64,000 nucleotides of DNA from assembly GCA_965204375.1 (NCBI GenBank), contig OZ241986.1, forward strand, positions 384,001 to 448,000. The letters are read 5' to 3'. This DNA comes from Candidatus Latescibacterota bacterium (lineage in GTDB: Bacteria > Latescibacterota > UBA2968). Below the pieces are notes generated by a model, which did not search any database, had not been told where the DNA came from, and saw nothing but the letters and a program-made list of their open reading frames with translations. The translations under genes and the position numbers were made by a program. The stretch's first letter is position 1. Each line of letters starts with the position of its first letter. Shown here piece by piece: positions 1 to 9,495 of the stretch.

Positions 1-2
1 GC

Positions 3-713
3 GTGATTCTCTTTCGCAATCAGTCCCTCACACAGGAACAACACATTGCATTTGCCCGACGCTGGGGAGATATCAATGTCAACCGATTTTTTACGGGCGT
101 AGCGGAAAATCCCCTCATCGCCGAGGTACGAAAAGAACCCGATCAGGAAACCAATATTGGGCGCAACTGGCATACCGATCATTCTTACGATACCATTCCC
201 GCACTCGGCTCGATTCTTTACGCACGCGAAGTTCCCGAGTTTGGTGGTGATACGATGTTTTCCAGTATGTACAGAGCGTATGAAACCCTCTCGCCGGGGT
301 TGCGGAAAACGCTCGAAAACTTAAATGCCCTGCATTCCAGCCGACATGTTTTTGGAGCGATGAACGGCAGAAAGCCCGATAAAAGCGGTCGTATTGGCAA
401 TCCCGAACTCGCCACCCAGGATGCTGTCCATCCCATAATCATAAGGCACCCTATCTCAGGTCGCAAAGCACTTTACGTAAATCCCGTGTTCACCGTTCAA
501 ATTGAGGGATGGAAAAAAGAAGAATCCCAATCTTTGCTTCAGTATTTGTACCAGCACGCTTCCCAACCGGATTTTACATGCCGCATCCGCTGGAAAAAAG
601 ATACGCTCGCTATTTGGGACAACCGCGCGACCTGGCATTGCGCGCTCAATGATTATCAGGGACAGCGACGCCTCATGCACCGCATCACGATTGAAGGTGT
701 GCCGTTGAATTAA
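3..713 (+). CDS. TauD/TfdA family Fe(II)/2-oxoglutarate dioxygenase (5' end cut by window edge)
   Basis: WHTD (HxD) motif, GGDTMF, HPISGRKALYVN, WDNRATWH and RLMHR are typical of the TauD family. Confidence 0.9.
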   Translation: MILFRNQSLTQEQHIAFARRWGDINVNRFFTGVAENPLIAEVRKEPDQETNIGRNWHTDHSYDTIPALGSILYAREVPEFGGDTMFSSMYRAYETLSPGLRKTLENLNALHSSRHVFGAMNGRKPDKSGRIGNPELATQDAVHPIIIRHPISGRKALYVNPVFTVQIEGWKKEESQSLLQYLYQHASQPDFTCRIRWKKDTLAIWDNRATWHCALNDYQGQRRLMHRITIEGVPLN

Positions 714-732
714 AAATTAGGAGAACCCATCG

Positions 733-1653
733 ATGGCATCCGTAACCTTTAAAGGCGTCTTTCCCATCCTGGTCACCCCATTCGATGACCATGGCAACCT
801 CGATCTGGAATCTTTTGATCGAACGGTACGCTTTATGACGGATATCGGTGTAAATGGCGTTACCATCATTGGAGTACTCGGTGAATCCAACCGAATGCTG
901 GATACCGAACGGGAACAGCTTATTAAAACCGCTGTGGGTGCTGCGGAAGGGCGCATTCCCGTTATTGTGGGTACGAGCTACAGCGGCACGGAGGCGACCC
1001 TTGAACTCAGCCGGATGGCCGAATCTCTCGGCGCTGCCGGTGTGATGGTCACCCCCTCGCGCGAATCCGTGCCCAATGAAGACCGCATCTTCGAATTTTT
1101 CCAGCAGGTGGCCGAAGGCATCTCCATTCCCATCGTTGTACAGGACCACCCCGCCTCCGCCCAGGTCCACATGTCCGTCTCTCTCATCCTGCGCCTCGTC
1201 CGCGAAATTCCGCTCGTCGCCTGCATCAAAGAAGAGGCCGTGCCCACACCGCCCAAGATCACTGCCCTTTTGAACGGCATTGGTGACCGCGCGGTCACCA
1301 TCCTTACCGGCCTCGGCGCTCTCTACGGCGCTTTTGATCTGGCCCGCGGCGCACACGGTTTTATGACCGGCTTTGCCTTTCCCGAAGTTCTGCTCGCTCT
1401 GGTCCGGGGCGCTGAAAATAAAGACTTTGACACCGTACACGATATCTATCACCGATACCTGCCGCTCATCGTGTACGAACAGCAGCCAGGGGTGGCTCTC
1501 CGCAAAGAGATTTTCCGCCAGCGCGGCCTGATCGCCAGCAGCTACGTGCGCCATCCCGGCGCAAATATTGACCCAATCACTGCCGACCACTTGAAATCAC
1601 TATTGCACAAAATGCTGCCCGGTGTAGATATTACGAGACCTATTGAAGTGTGA
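733..1653 (+). CDS. DapA/NAL (dihydrodipicolinate synthase family) aldolase/lyase, copy 1; probably not a true DHDPS
   Basis: GVFPILVTPF, GVLGE in place of GTTGE, Schiff-base Lys in ACIKEE; AGGAG RBS. Confidence 0.88.
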   Translation: MASVTFKGVFPILVTPFDDHGNLDLESFDRTVRFMTDIGVNGVTIIGVLGESNRMLDTEREQLIKTAVGAAEGRIPVIVGTSYSGTEATLELSRMAESLGAAGVMVTPSRESVPNEDRIFEFFQQVAEGISIPIVVQDHPASAQVHMSVSLILRLVREIPLVACIKEEAVPTPPKITALLNGIGDRAVTILTGLGALYGAFDLARGAHGFMTGFAFPEVLLALVRGAENKDFDTVHDIYHRYLPLIVYEQQPGVALRKEIFRQRGLIASSYVRHPGANIDPITADHLKSLLHKMLPGVDITRPIEV

Positions 1654-1688
1654 ATGGCAGGATTTAGGCTTTAGAAGAGGATTCGATC

Positions 1689-2903
1689 ATGAAAATCATC
1701 GACATCGACATCATCCCCATCTACCCCAAAATCGCCGACCGAAATGCCGATCAGAAAGCCCGGTTTTTCAACATAAACCATCGTACCATTTTTAAAATTA
1801 CGACTGACAATGGCATTGTCGGCTATGGCGATGCACGCTGCGAGGCCCCTCTCGAATCCACTGTAAAACACCTGATCGACCGCGATCCTTTTGACTTTAT
1901 CAACGCCGATCTCAACAGCGGCCTGATGGGCGCGCTCTACGATACCATGGGCAAATACCTTGAAATTCCCGCGTACAAACTCATGGGTCAGAAAATACGC
2001 GACCGCGTACCCGTAGCTGCCTGGACCCGCCCGGCCTCCCCGGAAGACCTGGCCAAAGAGGTTCAGCGAGCCGTAGAAGAAGGGTATATGATCTTTAAAA
2101 TCCACACCTGCGCCTATTACGATGTGTACGAACAAACCAGAGCCGTTGAGGAGGTTGCCCCGCCCGGTTTCAAAATGCACTACGACTTCAATCACAACCG
2201 GCCGCTTGCCGCTGTCCTGCGCATCTTGCAGGAGCTGGAGAAGTCCCCCGTCGTAGGTATGATCGAAGATCCTTTGGTCTTATCCGATGTCGAAGGCTGG
2301 CGCCTTCTGAGGGAAAAAACCAGTTTGCCGCTGCTCATGCATGTTCCTCAACTCGGCGGTGGTCAGGAGATTATTCGCGGTTGCGCCGATGCCTACATGA
2401 TCGGCGAAGGCGGCATTGGCCCTACCCTCGTGCGTGGATTTGCTGCTGCCCTGGCCAATGTCTCCTCTGTCATCCAGCTCACAGGTGGTACCCTCACCAA
2501 AGCCATGGCTCTGCATATGGGTGCTGTAATTCCCAACGTGGCTCATTCCACCAACCTGGACGACCAGTACGGTGAAGACGTTGTCAAACAGCGCATCGAA
2601 GTCGCAGGCGGTTCCTCTCCGGTACCCAAAAGCCCCGGCCTCGGTGTAGAAGTCGACGAAGACGCGCTGACCAGATGCGCCGCCAACAAACCCACTGTTA
2701 TTCCTCTCACTATTGGCATCCTGCATCTACCCGGCGGTCACAAGCTCTATACCAGAGGATTCCCGAACGTTGCCCGCCTCACTGGTTTTCCCGAAGGCAA
2801 CATCCGGGGCATTCGTCTGGATGTTTGGGAAGACGACGGTTCCGACAAGTTCAAACAAATCCTGCAACGCATCGAACAGCAGGGCCCGTTTATGGAAAAA
2901 TAG
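1689..2903 (+). CDS. Mandelate racemase/muconate lactonizing enzyme (enolase superfamily) protein
   Basis: ALYDTMGK..IPAYKLMG, FKIH, HYDFN, IEDP, PGLGVEVDE; GAGG RBS. Confidence 0.88.
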   Translation: MKIIDIDIIPIYPKIADRNADQKARFFNINHRTIFKITTDNGIVGYGDARCEAPLESTVKHLIDRDPFDFINADLNSGLMGALYDTMGKYLEIPAYKLMGQKIRDRVPVAAWTRPASPEDLAKEVQRAVEEGYMIFKIHTCAYYDVYEQTRAVEEVAPPGFKMHYDFNHNRPLAAVLRILQELEKSPVVGMIEDPLVLSDVEGWRLLREKTSLPLLMHVPQLGGGQEIIRGCADAYMIGEGGIGPTLVRGFAAALANVSSVIQLTGGTLTKAMALHMGAVIPNVAHSTNLDDQYGEDVVKQRIEVAGGSSPVPKSPGLGVEVDEDALTRCAANKPTVIPLTIGILHLPGGHKLYTRGFPNVARLTGFPEGNIRGIRLDVWEDDGSDKFKQILQRIEQQGPFMEK

Positions 2904-2947
2904 ATGTTCCGTGTGGTGGTTTTAACCTTTCTATCAAGTCTCTTATT

Positions 2948-3706
2948 ATGCACACCAGCACCCTATTAGTCTCTCGGGACTTTGAATACTGGCAATCTGG
3001 CGAAAACGGCCTCACTCGTGTCGATTTTGAGACCTTCTGTCCGGACTACCACGAATTGGACCGTACGGGTGTCATCTCTCCCCATCTCGAAGACGGCATA
3101 CTGCACACCGGGTATGCGCTTCTGGCACTGACCACCGCCTTTTACGATATCTGGCGCGCACGCACAGATGATTTTTTTATTTATCCCCAGCACTTTGCTA
3201 TCCTGGACATCACCAGAGCAGGCGTCAATACGGGATGCGGACGCCTGCCGCTTGAGAAAAGTACGCTGGGCGGTCCCTGGAGCAATTTAGACGTCTGGCC
3301 CGACTCAAAATGGATTCCCGCCCACGGCAGCGTTTCCGGCATGCTCAAGAAAGCGTTTGACCTCCAGATCAACCGCCTGTTCTGGCCCGAAACCTTTCGC
3401 CCAAACCGCAAAGAAAAATCTCTACCTGCTTACGCGGTCAAAATGCTCCGTACCCACCTGAAAGCTGTCTATTATTACAACACCTCCGAACCCAATATCG
3501 AAATCCATACCGCTCAAAACGTTCAAGATCTCCTTCAGACGAGTCTCAACAGACTGTCGGACATAGATGGTCTATCAATACAAAACTTTCTTCAACGACA
3601 TGTTCTCGAAAACCCACAGACCGATCATCGTTATGTCGAACAGTATCGCAAAGTAGATCTGGATCATTTTCTCAACGACATGGCGGATTGCTTTGAAAAT
3701 GTCTGA
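2948..3706 (+). CDS. Hypothetical protein
   Basis: Long ORF in operon position; ATG 2948 chosen because the track start at 2675 overlaps the enolase gene. Confidence 0.7.
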   Translation: MHTSTLLVSRDFEYWQSGENGLTRVDFETFCPDYHELDRTGVISPHLEDGILHTGYALLALTTAFYDIWRARTDDFFIYPQHFAILDITRAGVNTGCGRLPLEKSTLGGPWSNLDVWPDSKWIPAHGSVSGMLKKAFDLQINRLFWPETFRPNRKEKSLPAYAVKMLRTHLKAVYYYNTSEPNIEIHTAQNVQDLLQTSLNRLSDIDGLSIQNFLQRHVLENPQTDHRYVEQYRKVDLDHFLNDMADCFENV

Positions 3707-3742
3707 TTGAGCCTCTCATAATTATATCTTGCGGAGAATCTT

Positions 3743-5104
3743 TTGGCTAACGGTCAACTCTTACACCTGCTAACCGCCCGCGCCGAGTCTAAAAATCCCC
3801 TTCGCGTGGGCCTTATCGGTGCTGGAAAGTTCGGCACCATGTTCCTGGCTCAAGCCCGTCGCGTTGCGGGGTTGCACGTTCTGGGTGTGGCTGATCTATC
3901 CCTGAATCGGGCGCGTGAAGCCCTCACGCGTGCTGAGTGGCCGCCCGAACAATTTGCCGCAACCCACTTTGATCACGCCCTCAAAACCGGCGCCACCCAT
4001 CTTACCGATGACAGCGATGCCCTCATCCAGGCGGACGGTCTGGACGTTCTGGTCGAAGCCACGGGCAATCCTCTCGCAGGCATCCACCACGCCCTTCAAG
4101 CCATCGAATACGGACGCCACCTGGTCATGGTAAATGTGGAAGCAGACGTCCTGGTCGGTCCCATCCTGGCCCAACGTGCAGCATCTGCAGGCCTCGTGTA
4201 CTCCCTCGCCTATGGCGACCAACCCGCTCTGATCTGTGAACTGGTGGAATGGGCTAAGACCAATGGCTTGGACATTGTCTGCGCCGGCAAAGGCACCAAA
4301 TACCGGCCCGCGTACCACACATCTACCCCTGATACTGTATGGGAACACTATGGTTTTGATGCTGAAACCGCTGCAAAAGGCGGTCTGAACCCCCGTATGT
4401 TCAACTCCTTTTTGGACGGTACAAAATCCGCCATTGAAATGGCCGCTGTCTCAAATGCCACTGGCCTGAATCCCCAGCCCGAAGGCCTGAAATTCCCGCC
4501 CTGCGGCATTGACCAGCTATCCGATATTTGCCGGCCTCATAGCGACGGGGGACAACTTTCCCACAAAGGAACCGTCGAAGTCGTCTCCAGCCTGCAACCA
4601 GACGGAACCCCTGTAGATCGGGATCTGCGCTGGGGTGTTTACGTCACCATCGAAGCCCCTGGCGACTACATCCGCCGCTGCTTCTCCGAATACGGCCTTC
4701 CCACTGATTCCACGGGACGTTACACGGCCATCTATCGCCCCTACCACCTGGTTGGCATGGAACTCACCACCAGTGTCTTGCGCGCTGGCTTGCGCGGCGA
4801 AGCCAGCGGCGCACCTGTTGTTTTTAATGCAGACGTTGTTGCCACTGCAAAACGCGATCTCTCCCAGGGAGAAGTCCTGGACGGCGAAGGCGGATATTGC
4901 GTGTACGGCAAACTCAGGCCGGCTGATCAAGCTCTTATGTCTAACACCCTGCCCATCGGTCTGGCTCACAATCTCAAGCTGAAACACAAAATCGCCGCGG
5001 GGCAACCCATACGCCAATCCGACGTTGAATTGGACGAAAACAACGCCATTCTCCGCCTCCGCCGGGAAATGGTACAACGCTTTGCGGAACCTCTGCGCCG
5101 TTAA
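3743..5104 (+). CDS. NAD(P)-dependent oxidoreductase, homoserine dehydrogenase-like with C-terminal SAF domain (COG4091-like)
   Basis: GLIGAGKFG Rossmann motif, NVEADVLVG, GDQP, FLDGTKSAIEM, AKRDL..GEVLDGEGG; TTG start after GGAG. Confidence 0.88.
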   Translation: MANGQLLHLLTARAESKNPLRVGLIGAGKFGTMFLAQARRVAGLHVLGVADLSLNRAREALTRAEWPPEQFAATHFDHALKTGATHLTDDSDALIQADGLDVLVEATGNPLAGIHHALQAIEYGRHLVMVNVEADVLVGPILAQRAASAGLVYSLAYGDQPALICELVEWAKTNGLDIVCAGKGTKYRPAYHTSTPDTVWEHYGFDAETAAKGGLNPRMFNSFLDGTKSAIEMAAVSNATGLNPQPEGLKFPPCGIDQLSDICRPHSDGGQLSHKGTVEVVSSLQPDGTPVDRDLRWGVYVTIEAPGDYIRRCFSEYGLPTDSTGRYTAIYRPYHLVGMELTTSVLRAGLRGEASGAPVVFNADVVATAKRDLSQGEVLDGEGGYCVYGKLRPADQALMSNTLPIGLAHNLKLKHKIAAGQPIRQSDVELDENNAILRLRREMVQRFAEPLRR

Positions 5105-5132
5105 ATTAAAAATTAGGAAAGGGAGCAAAACA

Positions 5133-5453
5133 ATGAACAATGAACAATCGCTTTTGCCACCGAAAATTTCATTTTTTGAAAAACGATTGACAATAATTCT
5201 TGCTCGAGATGATGCGATGGTATGCGCTTTCTGTCCCGAATTGGATTTGGTGACTGAAATGGCAACGCCCGATGAAGCACTGGAAGATATGCTGGAAGCC
5301 ATGCAGGATTATGCTGAGGAATATTTAGAGGACTTAGAAATTTATCAAAACAGTCCCAATTGCGCCCATCATTTGCCTTATATCCAGGCGATTGCTGAGT
5401 GTAAAGATGTCTGGGATATAGGAGAACCCCTCGATGGCATCCATAACCTTTAA
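5133..5453 (+). CDS. HicB-like antitoxin, probably C-terminally truncated, with no adjacent HicA
   Basis: AFCPELDLVTE..TPDEALEDMLEAM is HicB-like; GGGAG RBS; the last codons run into the dapA copy 2 RBS and start. Confidence 0.7.
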   Translation: MNNEQSLLPPKISFFEKRLTIILARDDAMVCAFCPELDLVTEMATPDEALEDMLEAMQDYAEEYLEDLEIYQNSPNCAHHLPYIQAIAECKDVWDIGEPLDGIHNL

Positions 5454-6354
5454 AGGTGTCTTTCCCATCCTCGTCACTCCATTTGATGACCATGGCAACC
5501 TCGATCTGGAATCCTTTGATCGAACGGTACGCTTTATGGCGGATATCGGTGTAAACGGCGTTACCATCATTGGTGTACTCGGTGAATCCAATCGAATGCT
5601 GGATACCGAACGGGAGCAGATTATTAAAACCGCTGTGGGTGCTGCAGGCGGGTGCATCCCCGTTATCGTGGGCACGAGCTACAGCGGCACACGGGCGACC
5701 CTTGAACTCAGCCAGATGGCCGAATCTCTCGGCGCCGCCGGTGTGATGGTCACTCCTTCGCGCGAATCCGTGCCCAACGAAGACCGCATCTTCGAATTTT
5801 TCCAGCAGGTGGCCGAAGGCATCTCCATTCCCATCGTCGTACAGGACCACCCCGCCTCCACCCAGGTTCACATGTCCGTCCCTCTCATCTTGCGTCTCAT
5901 CCGCGAAATTCCGCTCGTCGCCTGTATCAAAGAAGAGGCTGTGCCTACCCCGCCCAAGATTACCGCCCTTTTGAACGGCATTGGGGACCGTGAGGTCACC
6001 ATCCTCACTGGCCTCGGCGCTCTCTACGGTGCCTTTGACCTTGCCCGCGGCGCACACGGTTTTATGACCGGCTTTGCCTTTCCCGAAGTTCTGCTCGCCC
6101 TGGTTCGGTGCGCTCAAAATAAAGACTTTGACACCGTACACGATATCTATCACCGATACCTGCCGCTCATCGTGTACGAACAACAGCCGGGGGTGGCCAT
6201 CCGCAAAGAGATCTTCCGCCTGCGCGGCCTTATCGCCAGCAGCTACGTGCGCCATCCCGGCGCAAATATCGATCCAATCACTGCCGATCACTTGAAATCA
6301 CTCTTGCACAAAATGTTGCCCGGCGTGGATATTACGAGACCTATCGAGGTTTGA
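5434..6354 (+). CDS. DapA/NAL family aldolase, copy 2 (about 15 aa differences from 733..1653)
   Basis: Direct comparison of the two translations. Confidence 0.88.
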   Translation: MASITFKGVFPILVTPFDDHGNLDLESFDRTVRFMADIGVNGVTIIGVLGESNRMLDTEREQIIKTAVGAAGGCIPVIVGTSYSGTRATLELSQMAESLGAAGVMVTPSRESVPNEDRIFEFFQQVAEGISIPIVVQDHPASTQVHMSVPLILRLIREIPLVACIKEEAVPTPPKITALLNGIGDREVTILTGLGALYGAFDLARGAHGFMTGFAFPEVLLALVRCAQNKDFDTVHDIYHRYLPLIVYEQQPGVAIRKEIFRLRGLIASSYVRHPGANIDPITADHLKSLLHKMLPGVDITRPIEV

Positions 6355-6632
6355 GATGTGGTTTCGTGTTATTTAAAACCTTTACTGATAAGATCATCAT
6401 AACTAACAGGTTCTTGGATAGCCTCAGCGAACTCTCTTGCTTCGTTATGAGAAGGAAATTTCTTAACTAAATAACCACGACCACTAAAACAATCAACTTC
6501 TACTATATGATCGTCTGGTGGATCTTTAAATCCATATATTGTAATTTTACATTTGTCGGCATCTGAAGCATCCCCATTAGGCCAATCATCTTTTATCGGT
6601 AAGGGAGGAGAAGGGTGACAGTAACTAAATCT

Positions 6633-8399
6633 CCGAGCTTGTGCTCTTTTCCGATTAACTTCCGAATCAAAAAATCTTGCTTTTCTAACCTGAAAAATTC
6701 ATAAAAAAGGTAGTTTCCTTATTCAAGTTATTGTATTATTATAGGTTATGGCAATAACCATTGAACAATAAACTTGGAGGAAACTACCGTGGGTTCCCAA
6801 GATAATCATCACAAGGTTCCTTTGGCAAGCATTTTCGGCAAACGTGTCAATATCGCCTTTGATGGGGGCATCCTCACCAGTGATAGCGGCGCCTTATTGC
6901 TTCGAGAGGTGGAGGCCAGATCAGGTCTATTAGCACGCATCGGTGATGCCATCACGGATCGCCGGCATAAAAGTTATGTGGCTCATCGTGTGGCAGAGTT
7001 GATTAAACAGCGCGTGTTCCAGATTGCCTGCGGGTATGAAGATGCCAATGATTGCAATGCCTTACGCAGTGATCCCGGCATCAAGGCTGCCTGTGGTGTC
7101 TTGCCCCTTTCAGGTGCCGACTTAGCCAGTCAACCGACGATGAGTCGTTTTGAGAACCAGATCAGGCGAAGCGAGTTGTATCGCATTGCCTGTGCCTTCC
7201 TCGATTGTTTTATCGCCTCTTATGCCCAGCCCCCTGCTGCGATTATCTTAGATATCGATGATACACAGGATACAGTTTATGGGACACAGCAGTTGTCCCT
7301 ATTCAATGGGTATTTGGGTGCCTATTGCTATCAGCCCTTGCACATTTATGAAGGACAAACCGGCAAGTTGATCACCACAGTTTTGCGTCCCGGTGTGCGA
7401 CCAACAGGCCAACAGATTGTCGCCATACTCAAGCGTTTGGTGGCCTATCTGCGTCAGGCTTGGCCTGATGTGGCGATCATCTTGCGGGGTGATGCCCACT
7501 TTTCTTGTCCACAAGTCCATCAGTTGTGTGCCGATAGTGACCTGTATTTTATCCTTGGACAGACCAGCAATGCGAAGTTGAGACAGTTGGCAAAGCCCCT
7601 GATTGAGCAGGCGAAAAGGCTTTATGCACATACAAAGAAGCCTGTGCGTCTTTTTACCTCGTTTTGCTATCAAGCAAAGAGTTGGAACAAGGCACAACGC
7701 ATCGTATGCAAGGTAGAAATCAGTGACCGAGGCCAAAACACCCGCTTTGTCGTGACCAACCTTGAAAGTTCACAAGCCTCCTTTATCTACCAAAGCGTGT
7801 ATTGTGCGCGCGGACAGATGGAAAACTTCATTAAAAATCACAAAACCTTTCTCCACTCTGACCGCACATCCTGTCACAGCTTTACTGCCAATCAGTTCCG
7901 TCTCTTCCTCCATTCGGCTGCCTATGTCCTGATACAGACATTGGCGCAAATCGGATTGAAAGGCACAACGTGGACAAACGCGCAGGTCAATACCATACAA
8001 AATCGCTTTCTCAAAGTCGCCGGACGCATCTGTGAATTGAAAACGAAGATTACGTTCCATTTGCCTGCGTCCTTTCCAGTGCAACATCTGTATCATAAAA
8101 TCCTACACAATCTGGCAAAGGCTTTCCCCTAACGCAAAATACGGGGGAGGGGAGGCAGACACCATCACTTGCTGACTGGACACGACACATACACCGCCTT
8201 GTGCAAAGACGCGGCAGGCAAGGGGCGTGTCTGTCCTTTTTGCCAACCACAGGCACGCACACCCGATGAAATGGACCAAACAGACCCCTGTAAAGACCCA
8301 ATCGAGTCCGACAAGAACAGAAAAACAATGAACGAGAGCTTGGAACACCGAAATGATTACATAATTATCCTATTCTTCAACTTTCATGAATTAGTCGGG
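6633..8399 (+). mobile_element. IS1380-family insertion sequence (~1.77 kb) flanked by CTAAATCT direct repeats (6625-6632, 8400-8407)
   Basis: Transposase gene, direct repeats, restored target ORF; ends CCGAG... and ...ATGAATTAGTCGGG. Confidence 0.85.
6789..8132 (+). CDS. IS1380 family DDE transposase
   Basis: FDGGILTSDSG, GYEDAND, LASQPTMSRFEN, LDIDDT, LRGDAHF, YCARGQMENFIK; GTG 6789 follows GGAGG. Confidence 0.93.
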   Translation: MGSQDNHHKVPLASIFGKRVNIAFDGGILTSDSGALLLREVEARSGLLARIGDAITDRRHKSYVAHRVAELIKQRVFQIACGYEDANDCNALRSDPGIKAACGVLPLSGADLASQPTMSRFENQIRRSELYRIACAFLDCFIASYAQPPAAIILDIDDTQDTVYGTQQLSLFNGYLGAYCYQPLHIYEGQTGKLITTVLRPGVRPTGQQIVAILKRLVAYLRQAWPDVAIILRGDAHFSCPQVHQLCADSDLYFILGQTSNAKLRQLAKPLIEQAKRLYAHTKKPVRLFTSFCYQAKSWNKAQRIVCKVEISDRGQNTRFVVTNLESSQASFIYQSVYCARGQMENFIKNHKTFLHSDRTSCHSFTANQFRLFLHSAAYVLIQTLAQIGLKGTTWTNAQVNTIQNRFLKVAGRICELKTKITFHLPASFPVQHLYHKILHNLAKAFP

Positions 8400-8556
8400 C
8401 TAAATCTATTATCAACGCGTCGTCCAATACGAGAATAAGAACTTCTTCTAGCCACGAGAGAACCCCCTTTTCAAATTTTATGTCGTCAATCAATCTGCAC
8501 ATTTTCACGGTTGAATCTGCTGTCTCCAATTTACATTGGAGCCTCTAATATTTCAA

Positions 8557-9465
8557 CTAAGATGGGCATAATACCCTCGTGCGGAATAGGGGGCGAAGTT
8601 TTGCGAGGATGGCGTCGAGTTCTCGGTGGTCGTCGTCGTCCATTTTTGTGCTGCCGGGCGCGCGCATGCCGCTCGTTTTGAAGATGCCTCGGCGAATGAG
8701 TACTTCTTTGACCAGGCGGAGACCGAGGATTTGGATCAGGTTGGTGAGTGGCAGGAGTTGATCGAAAAGATCGCGTGCCCTGTCTTCATCGCCTGATTGA
8801 AAGGCATCCCAGATATCAACGTGAATATCGACAACCGGGGCACCGGGCATAAAGCCACTGGCACCTCGTCGCATTTCTGATATCATCCAGCGGCACCACG
8901 CTCCACCAAAAACGCCCTGACAGTGATCACCTGCTTCGGCGACAATGGCGCTGATGTGATGTGCGCTGGGATTGGCCTCTTCTTTGACGTAGATGAGATG
9001 CTCGACTTCGGTGAGCAGGCGAACGAGTGCGGGAGGTTGCATGCCTGCACCTGCGTTCTGGATAAAAATGGGCACTTGTCCCGCGCTGGAAATGGCCTCG
9101 AAGTAGCGAAGATTTTCATCTGGTCCTCCGCTACCCATATAGGGGGGCATGGCGATGACAGCATCGGCTCCTATGCGTCCGGCATGGGCGGCGTGTTCTG
9201 TGGCCGTGGAGATATTGGTGCCGGCCACACCGACGATGACGGGGATGCGTTTATCGGTTTTTTTGACGACGATTTCGACGAGGGTTTGCCGCTCGCGGTC
9301 AGAGAGATATTGAAATTCACCTCCGAGCACGGGAAAGACCAGGCCGCCTGCTCCGGCGGCGATGCAGAAGTCGATTTGCCGTTCAAGGCTTTCGATGTCG
9401 AAGTCGCCGGATTCGGCAACGGGTGTTTGTAATACGGGCAAGATTCCGCGGATGGGGTCGCTCAA
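8557..9465 (-). CDS. DapA/NAL family aldolase, divergent third paralog
   Basis: GILPVLQTP, VLGGEF, YVKEE; TTG start after AGGAG. Confidence 0.87.
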   Translation of the reverse strand: MSDPIRGILPVLQTPVAESGDFDIESLERQIDFCIAAGAGGLVFPVLGGEFQYLSDRERQTLVEIVVKKTDKRIPVIVGVAGTNISTATEHAAHAGRIGADAVIAMPPYMGSGGPDENLRYFEAISSAGQVPIFIQNAGAGMQPPALVRLLTEVEHLIYVKEEANPSAHHISAIVAEAGDHCQGVFGGAWCRWMISEMRRGASGFMPGAPVVDIHVDIWDAFQSGDEDRARDLFDQLLPLTNLIQILGLRLVKEVLIRRGIFKTSGMRAPGSTKMDDDDHRELDAILAKLRPLFRTRVLCPS

Positions 9466-9495
9466 GGTGGTCTCCTGTGTTAGGACTGCTGACTG

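Larger units (their letters stand above)
6369..8455 (-). pseudogene. 103-aa orphan gene interrupted by the IS1380 element (fragments 8455-8400 and 6624-6369)
   Basis: Removing the IS and one CTAAATCT copy restores one frame: GTG 8455 (after AAAAGGGGG) MARRSSYSRIGRRVDNRFSYCHPSPPLPIKDDWPNGD...YDDLISKGFK, TAA ending at 6369. Confidence 0.75.

Noticed and set aside
2675-2947. Extended N-termini in the ORF track (also 42701, 38273, 40824, 52500, 62381, 26032, 23986)
   Set aside because: They overlap neighbouring genes or regulatory DNA; downstream starts with RBS or family-typical N-termini fit better
685-6291. Long antisense ORFs 685-1590 and 5113-6291, and similar ones such as 33422-34435, 15505-16245 and 27287-28150
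   Set aside because: They are shadows of well-supported sense genes and have no motifs of their own
8173-8217. IS hairpin loop segments (ACTGGACAC, GACGCG) resembling the reverse complement of the target flanks, as in a bridge RNA
   Set aside because: Matches are 6 nt or fewer, or imperfect, and are expected by chance; this cannot be supported from one insertion
8169-8438. 89-aa ORF in the IS 3' region
   Set aside because: TTG start, no recognisable domain, and it crosses the IS boundary
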